Source: a virus
Taxonomy: Duplodnaviria; Heunggongvirae; Uroviricota; Caudoviricetes
IMG/VR virus record: IMGVR_UViG_3300001336_000001
Location: 202,836 to 266,835 of that record
DNA length: 64,000 nt
Direction: 5' to 3' (one strand)
Position 1 is the first letter of the stretch; each line of letters starts with the position of its first letter. Below the pieces are notes generated by a model. The model ran no database searches. It was not told the origin of the DNA and saw nothing but the letters and a program-made list of their open reading frames with translations. A program made the position numbers and the translations under genes. Shown piece by piece: positions 9,383 through 18,529 of the stretch.

Positions 9383-11356
9383 TCAATAAATACCTCCATC
9401 TAAAATATCTCCCTCAGCCAAAACCCTTACACCATCAGGGTCACCGAAGTTAACTGGACTACTATTTCTAATAACAATGTCATTTAACTGAGTAACCCAA
9501 CCTCTATTTTCAAATCCAGTAGTTGATGTGTATTCAGATGTGTCACCACTAATACTTGAACCTTGTAACTGACCAATACCAATTTTAACATCTTGACCAG
9601 AAACACCACCACCATCTTGAATTAAAATACCAGAACCAATAGATGTACTACTTGTATCACCAGTTGGGTTATAGTTTAATTCTATTTGAGGGTCTTCAAT
9701 GTATAATTCAGAGGTTGATATTGTTGTAGTATCACCAAATACTGTTAAATCACCATGCACGACCAAATCACCAATACCTGATGCGGATGTTGAACCACCT
9801 GAACCAATAACTAAACCACCCTGACCAATATTAGCAGTTGTTCCAGAAGGGTTATTAACAAATATGTTACCAACAGTTAATAAGTCAGTTACATCATTAT
9901 ATTCAAATCCAGCTTCATCTGTTAATTCACCATTTGTACCTACATAAACAACTCTACCTGGTGTTAAGTTATCAAAGGTTAATCCAGAAACTGAAGTTAT
10001 TGAAGTATTAAACGATGAACCATCATTGTTAAATATTGTAAAGGTATTTGTTGTGTCATCATATGTAAAACCAGTTACAGAAACATCAGTCAACCCAGTT
10101 ATCACTACTGGGGTTTCATTAGCTCTATCTAATGTTAAGGTACCATTATTATCCACATATGATACCGTACCACCACTAACGAATATATCATTATTAGCCG
10201 TATAACCAGTAACGAACGCAACATTAGCAATCTCATCACCATCAGTACCACTAACTGTTTCAGTGTATAATGACAAACAATTTAAGTTTGTATCACCAGT
10301 TACAGTTAAAGGTCCGTTAATTGTTAAACCACTAACTTCGTTAATTGATACCGTTAAATCTGGTTGACCTTCATTCCTAGAGATTATTAAGGTATTATTT
10401 GATGGGTTATATGTAAACCCTGTTGTGAATGTATCATTAACATCTAAAGCACTTAAATCTAACGTGTAAGCTGAAAGTGATTCATTAGTATCAAAATATG
10501 CTGTACTACCCACTAAAGTTGCTCCAGTTGTTTTAACATCAGTAAAACCTGTTATAACAACATCGTTACCATCGTTATCAGTTAGTGTTAATGTACCATT
10601 AAGATTATTAGAATCATAACCTAAAGTACCACCAGTAATAAAAGTATCATTTACATCAATACTAGATAAATTAACAGTAAATTGTGGAAAATTATTAGCC
10701 CCACTAAATGATATTAATGCTGTGTTGTTATCATAAGTACCACCAGTAACGTATTTATCAGTAGTTGACGTATGGGCAGTTAATGATGACCAGTTTACCA
10801 ACTCATCATTATTTGAACCATTAGCAACACCATTATACGTAGCAGTACCAGTTATTATTAAATCATTAACAATCTGCTCCCCCTCAACAAATAAATCACC
10901 ACTAACTGTTAAAGCACTAAATGCGTCAATTGTAACATTTACTGATGGTTTACCTAAATTTAAATCTAAAGTTAGTTGATTTGGTGTCCAAGTAACACCT
11001 GTAACATATGAGTCAGTTGATTGTGCAATATCTGCTATATCAGCAAGAACAAAACCATTAGTTGTACCAGATAAAAATTTACCAACTAAATCTGCACCAG
11101 ATTCTCCCTCATATTGTGTTATTCTATTTCTTAATCTTAAATCGAATAGATTAGAACCAACTTCAAAATATGTTGATTCAGTAGCACCAGTACCTGCTGG
11201 TGTCCATCCAGATGTTGATGTTGTATTACCTGAGTAATAAAGTATACCATCAGCGGTATTAACGATTGCCTCACCCGATAGCAAACCATTACTCGGTAAT
11301 GGTCTATTTACAATATTACTATTTTTAGTAATTAATGTTGTACTTCTAATTGCCAT
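9383..11356 (-). CDS. Fibre/appendage protein with Mtd_N-like N-terminus, D-x-(F/Y)-x-TG-x-T repeats and C-terminal LDGGIY
   Basis: N-terminus similar to the 2370-aa protein (L..GEA.VNTADG); GDLTVFGDTTTI...IEDPQIELN shaft motif. Confidence 0.75.
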   Translation of the reverse strand: MAIRSTTLITKNSNIVNRPLPSNGLLSGEAIVNTADGILYYSGNTTSTSGWTPAGTGATESTYFEVGSNLFDLRLRNRITQYEGESGADLVGKFLSGTTNGFVLADIADIAQSTDSYVTGVTWTPNQLTLDLNLGKPSVNVTIDAFSALTVSGDLFVEGEQIVNDLIITGTATYNGVANGSNNDELVNWSSLTAHTSTTDKYVTGGTYDNNTALISFSGANNFPQFTVNLSSIDVNDTFITGGTLGYDSNNLNGTLTLTDNDGNDVVITGFTDVKTTGATLVGSTAYFDTNESLSAYTLDLSALDVNDTFTTGFTYNPSNNTLIISRNEGQPDLTVSINEVSGLTINGPLTVTGDTNLNCLSLYTETVSGTDGDEIANVAFVTGYTANNDIFVSGGTVSYVDNNGTLTLDRANETPVVITGLTDVSVTGFTYDDTTNTFTIFNNDGSSFNTSITSVSGLTFDNLTPGRVVYVGTNGELTDEAGFEYNDVTDLLTVGNIFVNNPSGTTANIGQGGLVIGSGGSTSASGIGDLVVHGDLTVFGDTTTISTSELYIEDPQIELNYNPTGDTSSTSIGSGILIQDGGGVSGQDVKIGIGQLQGSSISGDTSEYTSTTGFENRGWVTQLNDIVIRNSSPVNFGDPDGVRVLAEGDILDGGIY

Positions 11357-11371
11357 TTTTTTGTTTTATTT

Positions 11372-11379
11372 ATAAATAT
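11372..11379 (-). promoter_or_regulatory. Putative late promoter ATATTTAT
   Basis: Octamer about 15 nt upstream of ATG 11356. Confidence 0.6.
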
Positions 11380-11399
11380 TATCATTATTGTAATTGTTT

Positions 11400-11789
11400 T
11401 TAAAAAATACCACCGTTAAGAATATCATTTTGTATAACAGAACTATCAGCGGTTATATTTCGTTGATTACCATCACTATCTACCCCTAAATTTAAATTTG
11501 GTGTGTTAACAACTTCAGTTGAAGTCCACACACTTGAGGTACCACTAATCGTGTTGACATCCCTAAATCTCCTAATATTAGTACCAAGAGTTAAAACACC
11601 ATCTTCATTAGGTATAATATCCATATATGGAGTTATAGTGTCACCACTAAACGTGAACACTTTATTACCATTACAACTAAATATTAGGTCAGTAGTATAG
11701 GCACTACAAGGTAACACAGGTATTACTGGTTTAGCACCTATTATAAATGTTTTGTTTAAACTGATATTTCCACTTCCACAATCAACCAT
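11400..11789 (-). CDS. Small virion protein, possible fibre adaptor (ends ILNGGIF)
   Basis: IIPNEDGVLTLGT..RRF fibre-type motif; C-terminus resembles LDGGIY of the next gene. Confidence 0.6.
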   Translation of the reverse strand: MVDCGSGNISLNKTFIIGAKPVIPVLPCSAYTTDLIFSCNGNKVFTFSGDTITPYMDIIPNEDGVLTLGTNIRRFRDVNTISGTSSVWTSTEVVNTPNLNLGVDSDGNQRNITADSSVIQNDILNGGIF

Positions 11790-12856
11790 TAAATACTATT
11801 TCCATTTAATGTAAAATAGGAATTACCCGTATTATTTATTCTATAAATTTTTATCTTTATAGTATCATTTTGTTTAAACTCTATATTGTTAGTAAGTTCA
11901 ATACCACTAAATATTAAATTACCATTAACAAACATTTCAATATTTGATATGTTATCTAGGTTATCTATTTTATAGAATTCACTATTATAATATGAATTAA
12001 AAATAAATTCATCGATATTATCAGATGGGGATGGTGCGTGTTTAAATAAAAAATTAAACACTATAGTCTTATCAACTTTACATGTTTTAACTTTAAATTT
12101 AACAGAATCAGCCGAATCAAATAATTCAGTCATAACCATAGCCCTATTAACGGTGGGGATAACCTCATAATCCTCCTCATCCTGTATATATCCATAAACA
12201 ACCATTTCATAAGGTTGCACGTAAAACCTTCTATTTTCGAAATCATCAATATTACTTTCATCACCAATACCCTCTAAATGTACGGGCATAGGGTGACCAT
12301 TAACACCAATATAATATTGTCTAGATTGAAATATTCTTTGAACCAATTGATTTAACTTGTTCAAATCCCTCATTCTGTTACAGAACAATCTAACCTCATA
12401 GTTTAAATCCACTGATGTTGGTTGTGGTATTTTATAAACATCAACTCCCCTTCTACCACCCTCAAACGTTGGTACTTTCATATACGTGTATGTTCGTCTA
12501 CCTGGGATATTAAATAACCCAGCCTGATTTTGACCGACTTGTGGGTTAGGTTGTCTAACAATAGTGATGAAGGGCATTTTTATATCCTTATATTTATCAG
12601 CAAATTGCCAAGATTTACTAAATTCAGACCACCTTTGTAGTGTTAAAAATAATACAGGTACCTTATCACCATCAATAGTTATGGATAAATCTTTCTCAAC
12701 GAAGTTTATAAAAGATGAATCAATATCTTCATAACCAACACCTCTAGGTAAAAAGGTTCCCTTACGACTAATATCGTCTAACAGTCCCTGTCTTCTTTCA
12801 TATCCAACATCAACCCTATTTAATTTAATATCTTTTCTAAATCCTTTCGGTACCAT
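11789..12856 (-). CDS. Tail completion/terminator protein (T4 gp15-like)
   Basis: KVPV..L...RW, MPFITIVR, PTSVDLNYEV.LF......LN.LV..I pattern; adjacent to the gp14-like gene. Confidence 0.6.
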   Translation of the reverse strand: MVPKGFRKDIKLNRVDVGYERRQGLLDDISRKGTFLPRGVGYEDIDSSFINFVEKDLSITIDGDKVPVLFLTLQRWSEFSKSWQFADKYKDIKMPFITIVRQPNPQVGQNQAGLFNIPGRRTYTYMKVPTFEGGRRGVDVYKIPQPTSVDLNYEVRLFCNRMRDLNKLNQLVQRIFQSRQYYIGVNGHPMPVHLEGIGDESNIDDFENRRFYVQPYEMVVYGYIQDEEDYEVIPTVNRAMVMTELFDSADSVKFKVKTCKVDKTIVFNFLFKHAPSPSDNIDEFIFNSYYNSEFYKIDNLDNISNIEMFVNGNLIFSGIELTNNIEFKQNDTIKIKIYRINNTGNSYFTLNGNSI

Positions 12857-12859
12857 TTA

Positions 12860-13384
12860 TTAAGTAGCTTTAAATTCATTATAATCTATTGGCGCACAAA
12901 CAACAGTTCTAAACGCACCCTTATACCCCATAATAGTGTGTTGATTATCATAATTTTTTTTACCATCATTAACAACACTAAAATATCTAATTTCAGCTTC
13001 ATTAACAACATAACCAATATAATCCCCATAACCCAATTCAACATCCAATTCAGCTAATTGGGCATCATAAATACCAAAAGTTAATTGACCGTCTTGTAAG
13101 TACCTTAAAGACCCAGAACCACTATTATATGTTTTGTTTTCAGCTTGAGCCAATGTTGGTATGACTTTTAACTCAACTGGTGGTAAAAAACGAATACCAT
13201 CAACACCAGCTTCATTATACACATCATCCGATGAGGTCAAAGTTCTATCAACACGATATAATATAACAGTAAAATTACCATCAACCTCAATAGCTTCCCT
13301 ACCAAATTTTATCTCTAAATCGAAATCTTCACGGGTAAAAAATTTATTATTCCTTGTTATTGGTATAATCCTCTGTCTACTCAT
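12860..13384 (-). CDS. Head completion/neck protein (T4 gp14-like)
   Basis: EAIE..G..VILYRV......DDVYNE.....F.PPVEL and GDYI motifs. Confidence 0.6.
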   Translation of the reverse strand: MSRQRIIPITRNNKFFTREDFDLEIKFGREAIEVDGNFTVILYRVDRTLTSSDDVYNEAGVDGIRFLPPVELKVIPTLAQAENKTYNSGSGSLRYLQDGQLTFGIYDAQLAELDVELGYGDYIGYVVNEAEIRYFSVVNDGKKNYDNQHTIMGYKGAFRTVVCAPIDYNEFKAT

Positions 13385-13398
13385 TTATGCTTTTATTG

Positions 13399-13406
13399 AT
13401 AAATAT
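13399..13406 (-). promoter_or_regulatory. Putative late promoter ATATTTAT
   Basis: Upstream of the gp14-like ATG 13384. Confidence 0.6.
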
Positions 13407-13420
13407 TAAGAATAAAGTAA

Positions 13421-13449
13421 TTTACCCATTTAATATTTATTTTTATAAA
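13421..13449 (+). promoter_or_regulatory. Putative middle-class promoter TTTACC-N17-TATAAA
   Basis: Same architecture at 28096, 37662 and 39633. Confidence 0.45.
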
Positions 13450-13516
13450 AAAATAATTATATATATAGGTATTTATGATTTAGTGATAATTTTTAAAGTA
13501 AAAAAACAATGTAAAA

Positions 13517-15361
13517 TTGATAAATTTAGAAGAAATAGGTGGGTATTCATCAACATCAAAATTAAAAGAGTATAATGGTAAAAACCCATACATTTTGAAG
13601 TTGAAGAAAAAATTGTTAAGTGATGGTAAAATTTCACTTACTGATAACCAAATTAAGTATATTAGAGATAATTTTGATAATGAACCAGTTTTAGTTAATA
13701 AAATTGTTAGGATAGCCGAATACTTAGGTGAATCATTAGAAAAACAGTACGAACTACCATTTAGACCAGAAAAAATACTAATAGAATACGTGTTAGCTGA
13801 AGACGATAAGACTTATCACGTTTATGGTAAATTAACTAGAAAGCAAGCAAAATCTAAAATGTATTTTATACCCAAAAATCAAGTTCTAGATGACCCATAT
13901 TTTGAAGAAATAGATATCGATGTTGACTTTGAAAAATATGAAAAGATAGACCAATTTGTAAATACCGATGGGACCATTGGTCGAAAAGTATTAGAAAAAC
14001 AAAAAGAGGGTATTAAGTTCTTATTAACTAGAAAAGGTGCTATTTTAGCAGACCAGATGGGGTCGGGAAAAACCATGCAATCAACAATTGCTGCAATTGA
14101 AAGTGGTGCTAAAAAAATATTAATAGTCTGCCCAACATCTGCTAAAATAAATTGGCAAAGAGAATTGAATTATTTACAAGAATTTGATGTTAGTATTATT
14201 AGTGGTAGTAAATATAAAACAGCTAAATTTGTTATAATTAATTATGATATACTTAAAAATTTTCATACTTTAAAGGGTGAAGAAAAAGACGGAATACCAC
14301 CAAATAGACAATTAGTTAATGATAAGTTTGATTTATGTATAATTGATGAAGCACATAACCTTAAAAATCATAAAAGTATTAGAGGTGCTATAATGCGTGA
14401 ATTATGTGTTGATTATCACATAGAAAGGGTTTGGTTACTAAGTGGTACACCTGTAGCAAATAGACCTATGGATTTTTATAATTTATTAACATTAATAAAA
14501 TCACCAATAGTTAAAAATTGGAAACATTATGTTACAAGGTATTGTGATGGTAAACAAATTAGCACCAAAACTAAAAACGGTAAATTTAGAAAAATATGGT
14601 TAACTGATGGTGCCTCAAATCTCGAAGAACTATCTATTAAAACTAGAAATGTTTTATTAAGAAGATTAACACATGAGTTTTCCGATATGCCAGAAAAAAC
14701 AGTCACACCATTATATTATAATATGGACAAGTCTCAAGAAGCTGAATATAATTCGCTTTGGGATGAATATTTGGTAGAAAGAAAAAAACAAAAGAAAAAA
14801 GGTAAAATAGAAAGGGAATTAGTTGAATTATCATTACTTAGAAAGTACATAGCAATGGAAACTATACCAAAAACAATAGAATTAGTTGATGATATGATTT
14901 CACAAGGTAATAAAGTTGTTATTTTTACTTGTTTTACTGAAGAATTATTAACACTATCAGAATATTACGGTAAAAATTGTGTTGTTCATTATGGTGAAAT
15001 GAATAATAAAGATAAACAAGCATCAGTTGACCGATTTCAAAAAGAGGGTGGCCCAATGGTATTTATTGGTAATATAATATCAGCTGGTGTTGCCATAACC
15101 TTAACAAGGTCAAATTATATGGTCTTTAATTCATTTGACTGGGTTCCTGGTAATATTGAACAAGCTGAATTTAGGATTTACAGAATCGGACAAAAAAACA
15201 ATGTTAAAATATATTACAATTTGTTTAATGACACAATTATAACTAGAATGTGGGGAACAATAAAATATAAACAAGAAATAATAAATACAATACTCAATGA
15301 TTATACTAATAACGAATATTCATTAATTGAGGATATAATAGATTATACTTTAGAAAATTAA
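13517..15361 (+). CDS. SNF2-family (SF2) helicase/translocase
   Basis: ILADQMGSGKT (Walker A), IIDEAH, LLSGTP..NRP, QAEFRIYRIGQ; TTG start. Confidence 0.93.
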   Translation: MINLEEIGGYSSTSKLKEYNGKNPYILKLKKKLLSDGKISLTDNQIKYIRDNFDNEPVLVNKIVRIAEYLGESLEKQYELPFRPEKILIEYVLAEDDKTYHVYGKLTRKQAKSKMYFIPKNQVLDDPYFEEIDIDVDFEKYEKIDQFVNTDGTIGRKVLEKQKEGIKFLLTRKGAILADQMGSGKTMQSTIAAIESGAKKILIVCPTSAKINWQRELNYLQEFDVSIISGSKYKTAKFVIINYDILKNFHTLKGEEKDGIPPNRQLVNDKFDLCIIDEAHNLKNHKSIRGAIMRELCVDYHIERVWLLSGTPVANRPMDFYNLLTLIKSPIVKNWKHYVTRYCDGKQISTKTKNGKFRKIWLTDGASNLEELSIKTRNVLLRRLTHEFSDMPEKTVTPLYYNMDKSQEAEYNSLWDEYLVERKKQKKKGKIERELVELSLLRKYIAMETIPKTIELVDDMISQGNKVVIFTCFTEELLTLSEYYGKNCVVHYGEMNNKDKQASVDRFQKEGGPMVFIGNIISAGVAITLTRSNYMVFNSFDWVPGNIEQAEFRIYRIGQKNNVKIYYNLFNDTIITRMWGTIKYKQEIINTILNDYTNNEYSLIEDIIDYTLEN

Positions 15362-15365
15362 AAAA

Positions 15366-15623
15366 ATGGTTAGATTATATGGGTTTGAAAAATGCCCTTA
15401 CTGTAAAGAGTTAAGAGGATTACTAGAAAGTAATAATGTTAAATACGACTATGTAGATGTAACATTATCAGACAATGAAAAAGAATCAAATAGAATATTT
15501 GAGATAGCTGGTGAAGAAACAGTTCCGATTGTATTAGTTGATAAAACAGTTTTAGTACCAGATAAATCATTTAAAACAATACAAGAGGCATACGAACTAA
15601 CTAAAAAATTTTTAAACGATTAG
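15366..15623 (+). CDS. Glutaredoxin/NrdH-like redoxin
   Basis: CPYC active site and TVP cis-Pro motif. Confidence 0.9.
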   Translation: MVRLYGFEKCPYCKELRGLLESNNVKYDYVDVTLSDNEKESNRIFEIAGEETVPIVLVDKTVLVPDKSFKTIQEAYELTKKFLND

Positions 15624-15663
15624 TTAAAGATGTAAAACGGGTTAGAAAATGTAAATTTAACTA

Positions 15664-17112
15664 TTAGTTTGGTAGTTCATAATAGTAAGTTTTATGACCA
15701 CAATCATATATTCTATATAACTTATCATCTAAACATATCTGATGAGCTGTTTTATTTACATCATAACCACGCTCAACTAATTTATGTTTTTGATATTTAA
15801 GTCTATGGTATCTACGGTTTTTTTCCAATATAAACCAATTTGGTTTTGAATTATGTTTAAATTTAAAACCCAAGTTGTGGTATACCCCACCATTCGACCA
15901 TCTTCTATCAGCATAACTTATTATCTCCTTTGGTTTATAATTTTTAATAAAATATTTTAATAATTTAGAAGCGCCACCAACCACAGATGTATCTAACTTA
16001 TTACAAAACCTAATCAATTCGTATTCATAATTATTTAAAAAAGGCCTACCACCAAAACACATCAAACTAACTAACTCATCATTGTAATATAACCCAATAT
16101 TAGTTTTTGTTTTTGTTACCCCTTGGATATGGTTATTTTCTAAAAATAATTTAGATGTTTTAAAATCAATTTCTTTAATTTCACATTTTCTTGCGTAAAT
16201 CTTATTCTCTGTTAAACCTAAAATGTTTTTAATCCTTGATTTAACAATATCTTGTTTATATAACCATTCATCCTCAAAAATATGTATCAATTGAACCCCC
16301 TTTTCTTCACACATTTCAGTTTTATTTAAATGGTAATTATCATCAACAAACAACTCAGAATACCAATATAAACCATTGTATTCAATAGCTAAATTATGTG
16401 ATGGTATGTATATATCTAACTCCTTACCATCTAACAAACTTCTATCATTCTCAATAAAAGTAATACCTAATGAAGATATAAAATCACGTAGGTCTAGTTG
16501 ACCTTTAGATATTTTAGTATTACATTTAACACAATTACCACCATGCAAATGACTTTCAACTAATTGTTCAAATTCACCATGCTCTGGACATATAATAGTT
16601 ACATAAGATTTATATGAATTATATTTAACTTTTGAATAATCATATTTATCACCATGTATCTCTTTAAACTTACATATTACCTCTTCAGTAGTCAACCTGT
16701 TATCCTTACCTCGTTTTTCTAAATAACATTTTTTACACCCCTCACCCTTTAGATGTACATCAGCTCTTTGGTTAAATTCCCCATGTATTGGGCATATTAT
16801 AGTTATATAATCTTTTAATGTTTTATATTCAACTTTTGAATAATCATATTTATCACCATGTGTTTTTTTAACTCTATCAAGGTAAACGTCACTTTCTAAT
16901 CTTATACTATTATATTTATTCACCTTAGAACACTCTGGACAACCCTGACCGTTTATGTGGTCTCTAGCTATCTTATCGAACTCACCATGTTTTGGGCATA
17001 TGATTTTAACCTTTTTACCCACACCATCATAATTGACTAACGAATAATCATATTTAAAATTGTGGATTTCGTTACATTCTTCAATAAACTCCTTATTAGT
17101 TTTTTTCTTCAT
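15664..17112 (-). CDS. Hef-like homing endonuclease: CPxHGEF zinc repeats, PD-(D/E)xK/Vsr-like domain, C-terminal GNAT-like region
   Basis: Three ICPxHGEF...H..G..C..C repeats; ELDIYIP..NLAIEYNGLYW; YARKC...NHIQG...ELIRFC...GGASKLL...SYADRRWS...IYDCG. Likely start is ATG 17112. Confidence 0.8.
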   Translation of the reverse strand: MKKKTNKEFIEECNEIHNFKYDYSLVNYDGVGKKVKIICPKHGEFDKIARDHINGQGCPECSKVNKYNSIRLESDVYLDRVKKTHGDKYDYSKVEYKTLKDYITIICPIHGEFNQRADVHLKGEGCKKCYLEKRGKDNRLTTEEVICKFKEIHGDKYDYSKVKYNSYKSYVTIICPEHGEFEQLVESHLHGGNCVKCNTKISKGQLDLRDFISSLGITFIENDRSLLDGKELDIYIPSHNLAIEYNGLYWYSELFVDDNYHLNKTEMCEEKGVQLIHIFEDEWLYKQDIVKSRIKNILGLTENKIYARKCEIKEIDFKTSKLFLENNHIQGVTKTKTNIGLYYNDELVSLMCFGGRPFLNNYEYELIRFCNKLDTSVVGGASKLLKYFIKNYKPKEIISYADRRWSNGGVYHNLGFKFKHNSKPNWFILEKNRRYHRLKYQKHKLVERGYDVNKTAHQICLDDKLYRIYDCGHKTYYYELPN

Positions 17113-17251
17113 TTTTAATATATTCTTCAATAAACCTCCTTATCAATTTAGATGGTGTCACACAACTAATATCACATTTATCTAAAAATTTAGTTTTAAT
17201 CTCCTCATCAACCCTAATGTGTAAATATTTATCTTTTTTTTGTGTTCTCAT
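17096..17251 (-). CDS. Ribbon-helix-helix DNA-binding protein, 51 aa (missing from the ORF track)
   Basis: MRTQKKDKYLHIRVDEEIKTKFLDKCDISCVTPSKLIRRFIEEYIKNEEKN: beta-strand LHIRV plus two helices; overlaps the endonuclease start. Confidence 0.75.
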   Translation of the reverse strand: MRTQKKDKYLHIRVDEEIKTKFLDKCDISCVTPSKLIRRFIEEYIKNEEKN

Positions 17252-17276
17252 GCGTTTACTTTCTTAGTAAATATTA

Positions 17277-17308
17277 CAAATATAATAAAAGTTTAATAAA
17301 CCAACAAA
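17277..17308 (-). promoter_or_regulatory. Bacteroidota sigma70-type promoter TTTG-N20-TATATTTG for the RHH/endonuclease cassette
   Basis: Matches the -33 TTTG / -7 TAnnTTTG consensus. Confidence 0.65.
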
Positions 17309-17315
17309 TATTTAT
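17308..17315 (+). promoter_or_regulatory. Putative late promoter ATATTTAT
   Basis: 12 nt upstream of the neck-gene ATG 17328. Confidence 0.6.
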
Positions 17316-17327
17316 ATTAAAAAGATT

Positions 17328-18494
17328 ATGGCAGTCACTGAAGAAGAAAAAATAAAATTGTTTGAACAATTCAGAGTTTCAATGGGTTGGCCTCATAGAA
17401 GTGTTGAATTAGACGATGACCAATTGTGTGTACTTTTAGAGATAGCAATTGAGGATTATGCACAATATACCCAGGAATGGTTAATAGAACACCAATGGCA
17501 ATCGTTATTGGGTAAAAATATAGACAGTGTTGATATGTCATTCGCTTTAAGTGTTAGGTCTTTGGATTTTACAACACAATATACTTATGCTTATTCAAAA
17601 CAAGTTGGATTACAAGCTAGAGGTCCGTGGGAACTAAAGAAAGATTATATAACTGTTGAACCAGGTAGACAAGTGTATGAAATACCAGCTGGTAGAGAAG
17701 TTAATGAAGTTTTATGGATTACACCACCAACAACAGACCGTGCACTATTTGCAAACTACGGTGGTTTAAATTACGGATTAGGTGGTGGTTTTGCCCAACT
17801 AGGTACAGGTGGTGGTGCAATTGGTGCTGGTATGGGTGGTGCTGGTATGGGTGGCTACTTCATAGCACCAGCCTATGATATCTTATTAACTGCATCAGAC
17901 TTTAACCTTAAAAACAGGTTATTAAGAAGTGAAATGGTTTATAAATTAACAGCTGGACCAAATGGTACCAGATTGTTACACTTACTTAGTACACCTGGTT
18001 CTAAATTCTCATTCGGTGGTGGCGTTGGGAATCCTGGTAACACTGGTATAGGTGGTGGTATAAACCTAACAGGTTGTCAAGTTTGGTACTATTATTACGA
18101 TGTTGACCCACAAGATGTTGATGAATGTAGAAAATTAAACCCAGATATTATTACAGCAGTTAATGATGTACCATTAGCAAAAATGGATTTTACTAGATTT
18201 AACGAACCAACCAAAACGCTGGTACGTCAATTATTTGTCTCTGAGGCTAAAAGAGCATTAGGTAGAACTAGAGGTAAATTTGGGGGTATAGTTGGTCCAC
18301 CAGAAGCTGAAAGAACCATGGATTACGATTCTTTATTAGCTGAGGGTAATGAAGAACGAACTAAAGTACTAGAAAGATTAGATGCTAGATTATTGAGGTT
18401 ATCTAGCACCGCTCAACTAGAACGAGCAGCAAATGAAGCTGAATACCTAAATAGAGCATTAAAGTTAAGACCACTAGGGTTCTACATGAGATAA
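17328..18494 (+). CDS. Neck/head-tail adaptor protein (T4 gp13-like)
   Basis: MGWP...VELDDDQL...LEIA; A KR LG..RGKFGG...P.....D...L..EG..E...L; Gly-rich internal loops. Confidence 0.8.
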   Translation: MAVTEEEKIKLFEQFRVSMGWPHRSVELDDDQLCVLLEIAIEDYAQYTQEWLIEHQWQSLLGKNIDSVDMSFALSVRSLDFTTQYTYAYSKQVGLQARGPWELKKDYITVEPGRQVYEIPAGREVNEVLWITPPTTDRALFANYGGLNYGLGGGFAQLGTGGGAIGAGMGGAGMGGYFIAPAYDILLTASDFNLKNRLLRSEMVYKLTAGPNGTRLLHLLSTPGSKFSFGGGVGNPGNTGIGGGINLTGCQVWYYYYDVDPQDVDECRKLNPDIITAVNDVPLAKMDFTRFNEPTKTLVRQLFVSEAKRALGRTRGKFGGIVGPPEAERTMDYDSLLAEGNEERTKVLERLDARLLRLSSTAQLERAANEAEYLNRALKLRPLGFYMR

Positions 18495-18499
18495 CAAAA

Positions 18500-18526
18500 A
18501 AAAAGGGAAGCATTACCTCCCTTTTT
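18500..18526. terminator. Bidirectional terminator between the convergent neck and polymerase genes
   Basis: AAAAAGGGA...TCCCTTTTT stem with A/T runs on both sides. Confidence 0.65.
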
Positions 18527-18529
18527 GTT

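Noticed and set aside
1-11789. Diversity-generating retroelement suggested by Mtd_N-like domains
   Set aside because: No reverse transcriptase and no adenine-specific template/variable repeat pair seen in the window
15624-17327. Transposon or IS ends around the RHH-endonuclease cassette
   Set aside because: No terminal inverted repeats, target duplication or transposase motif found
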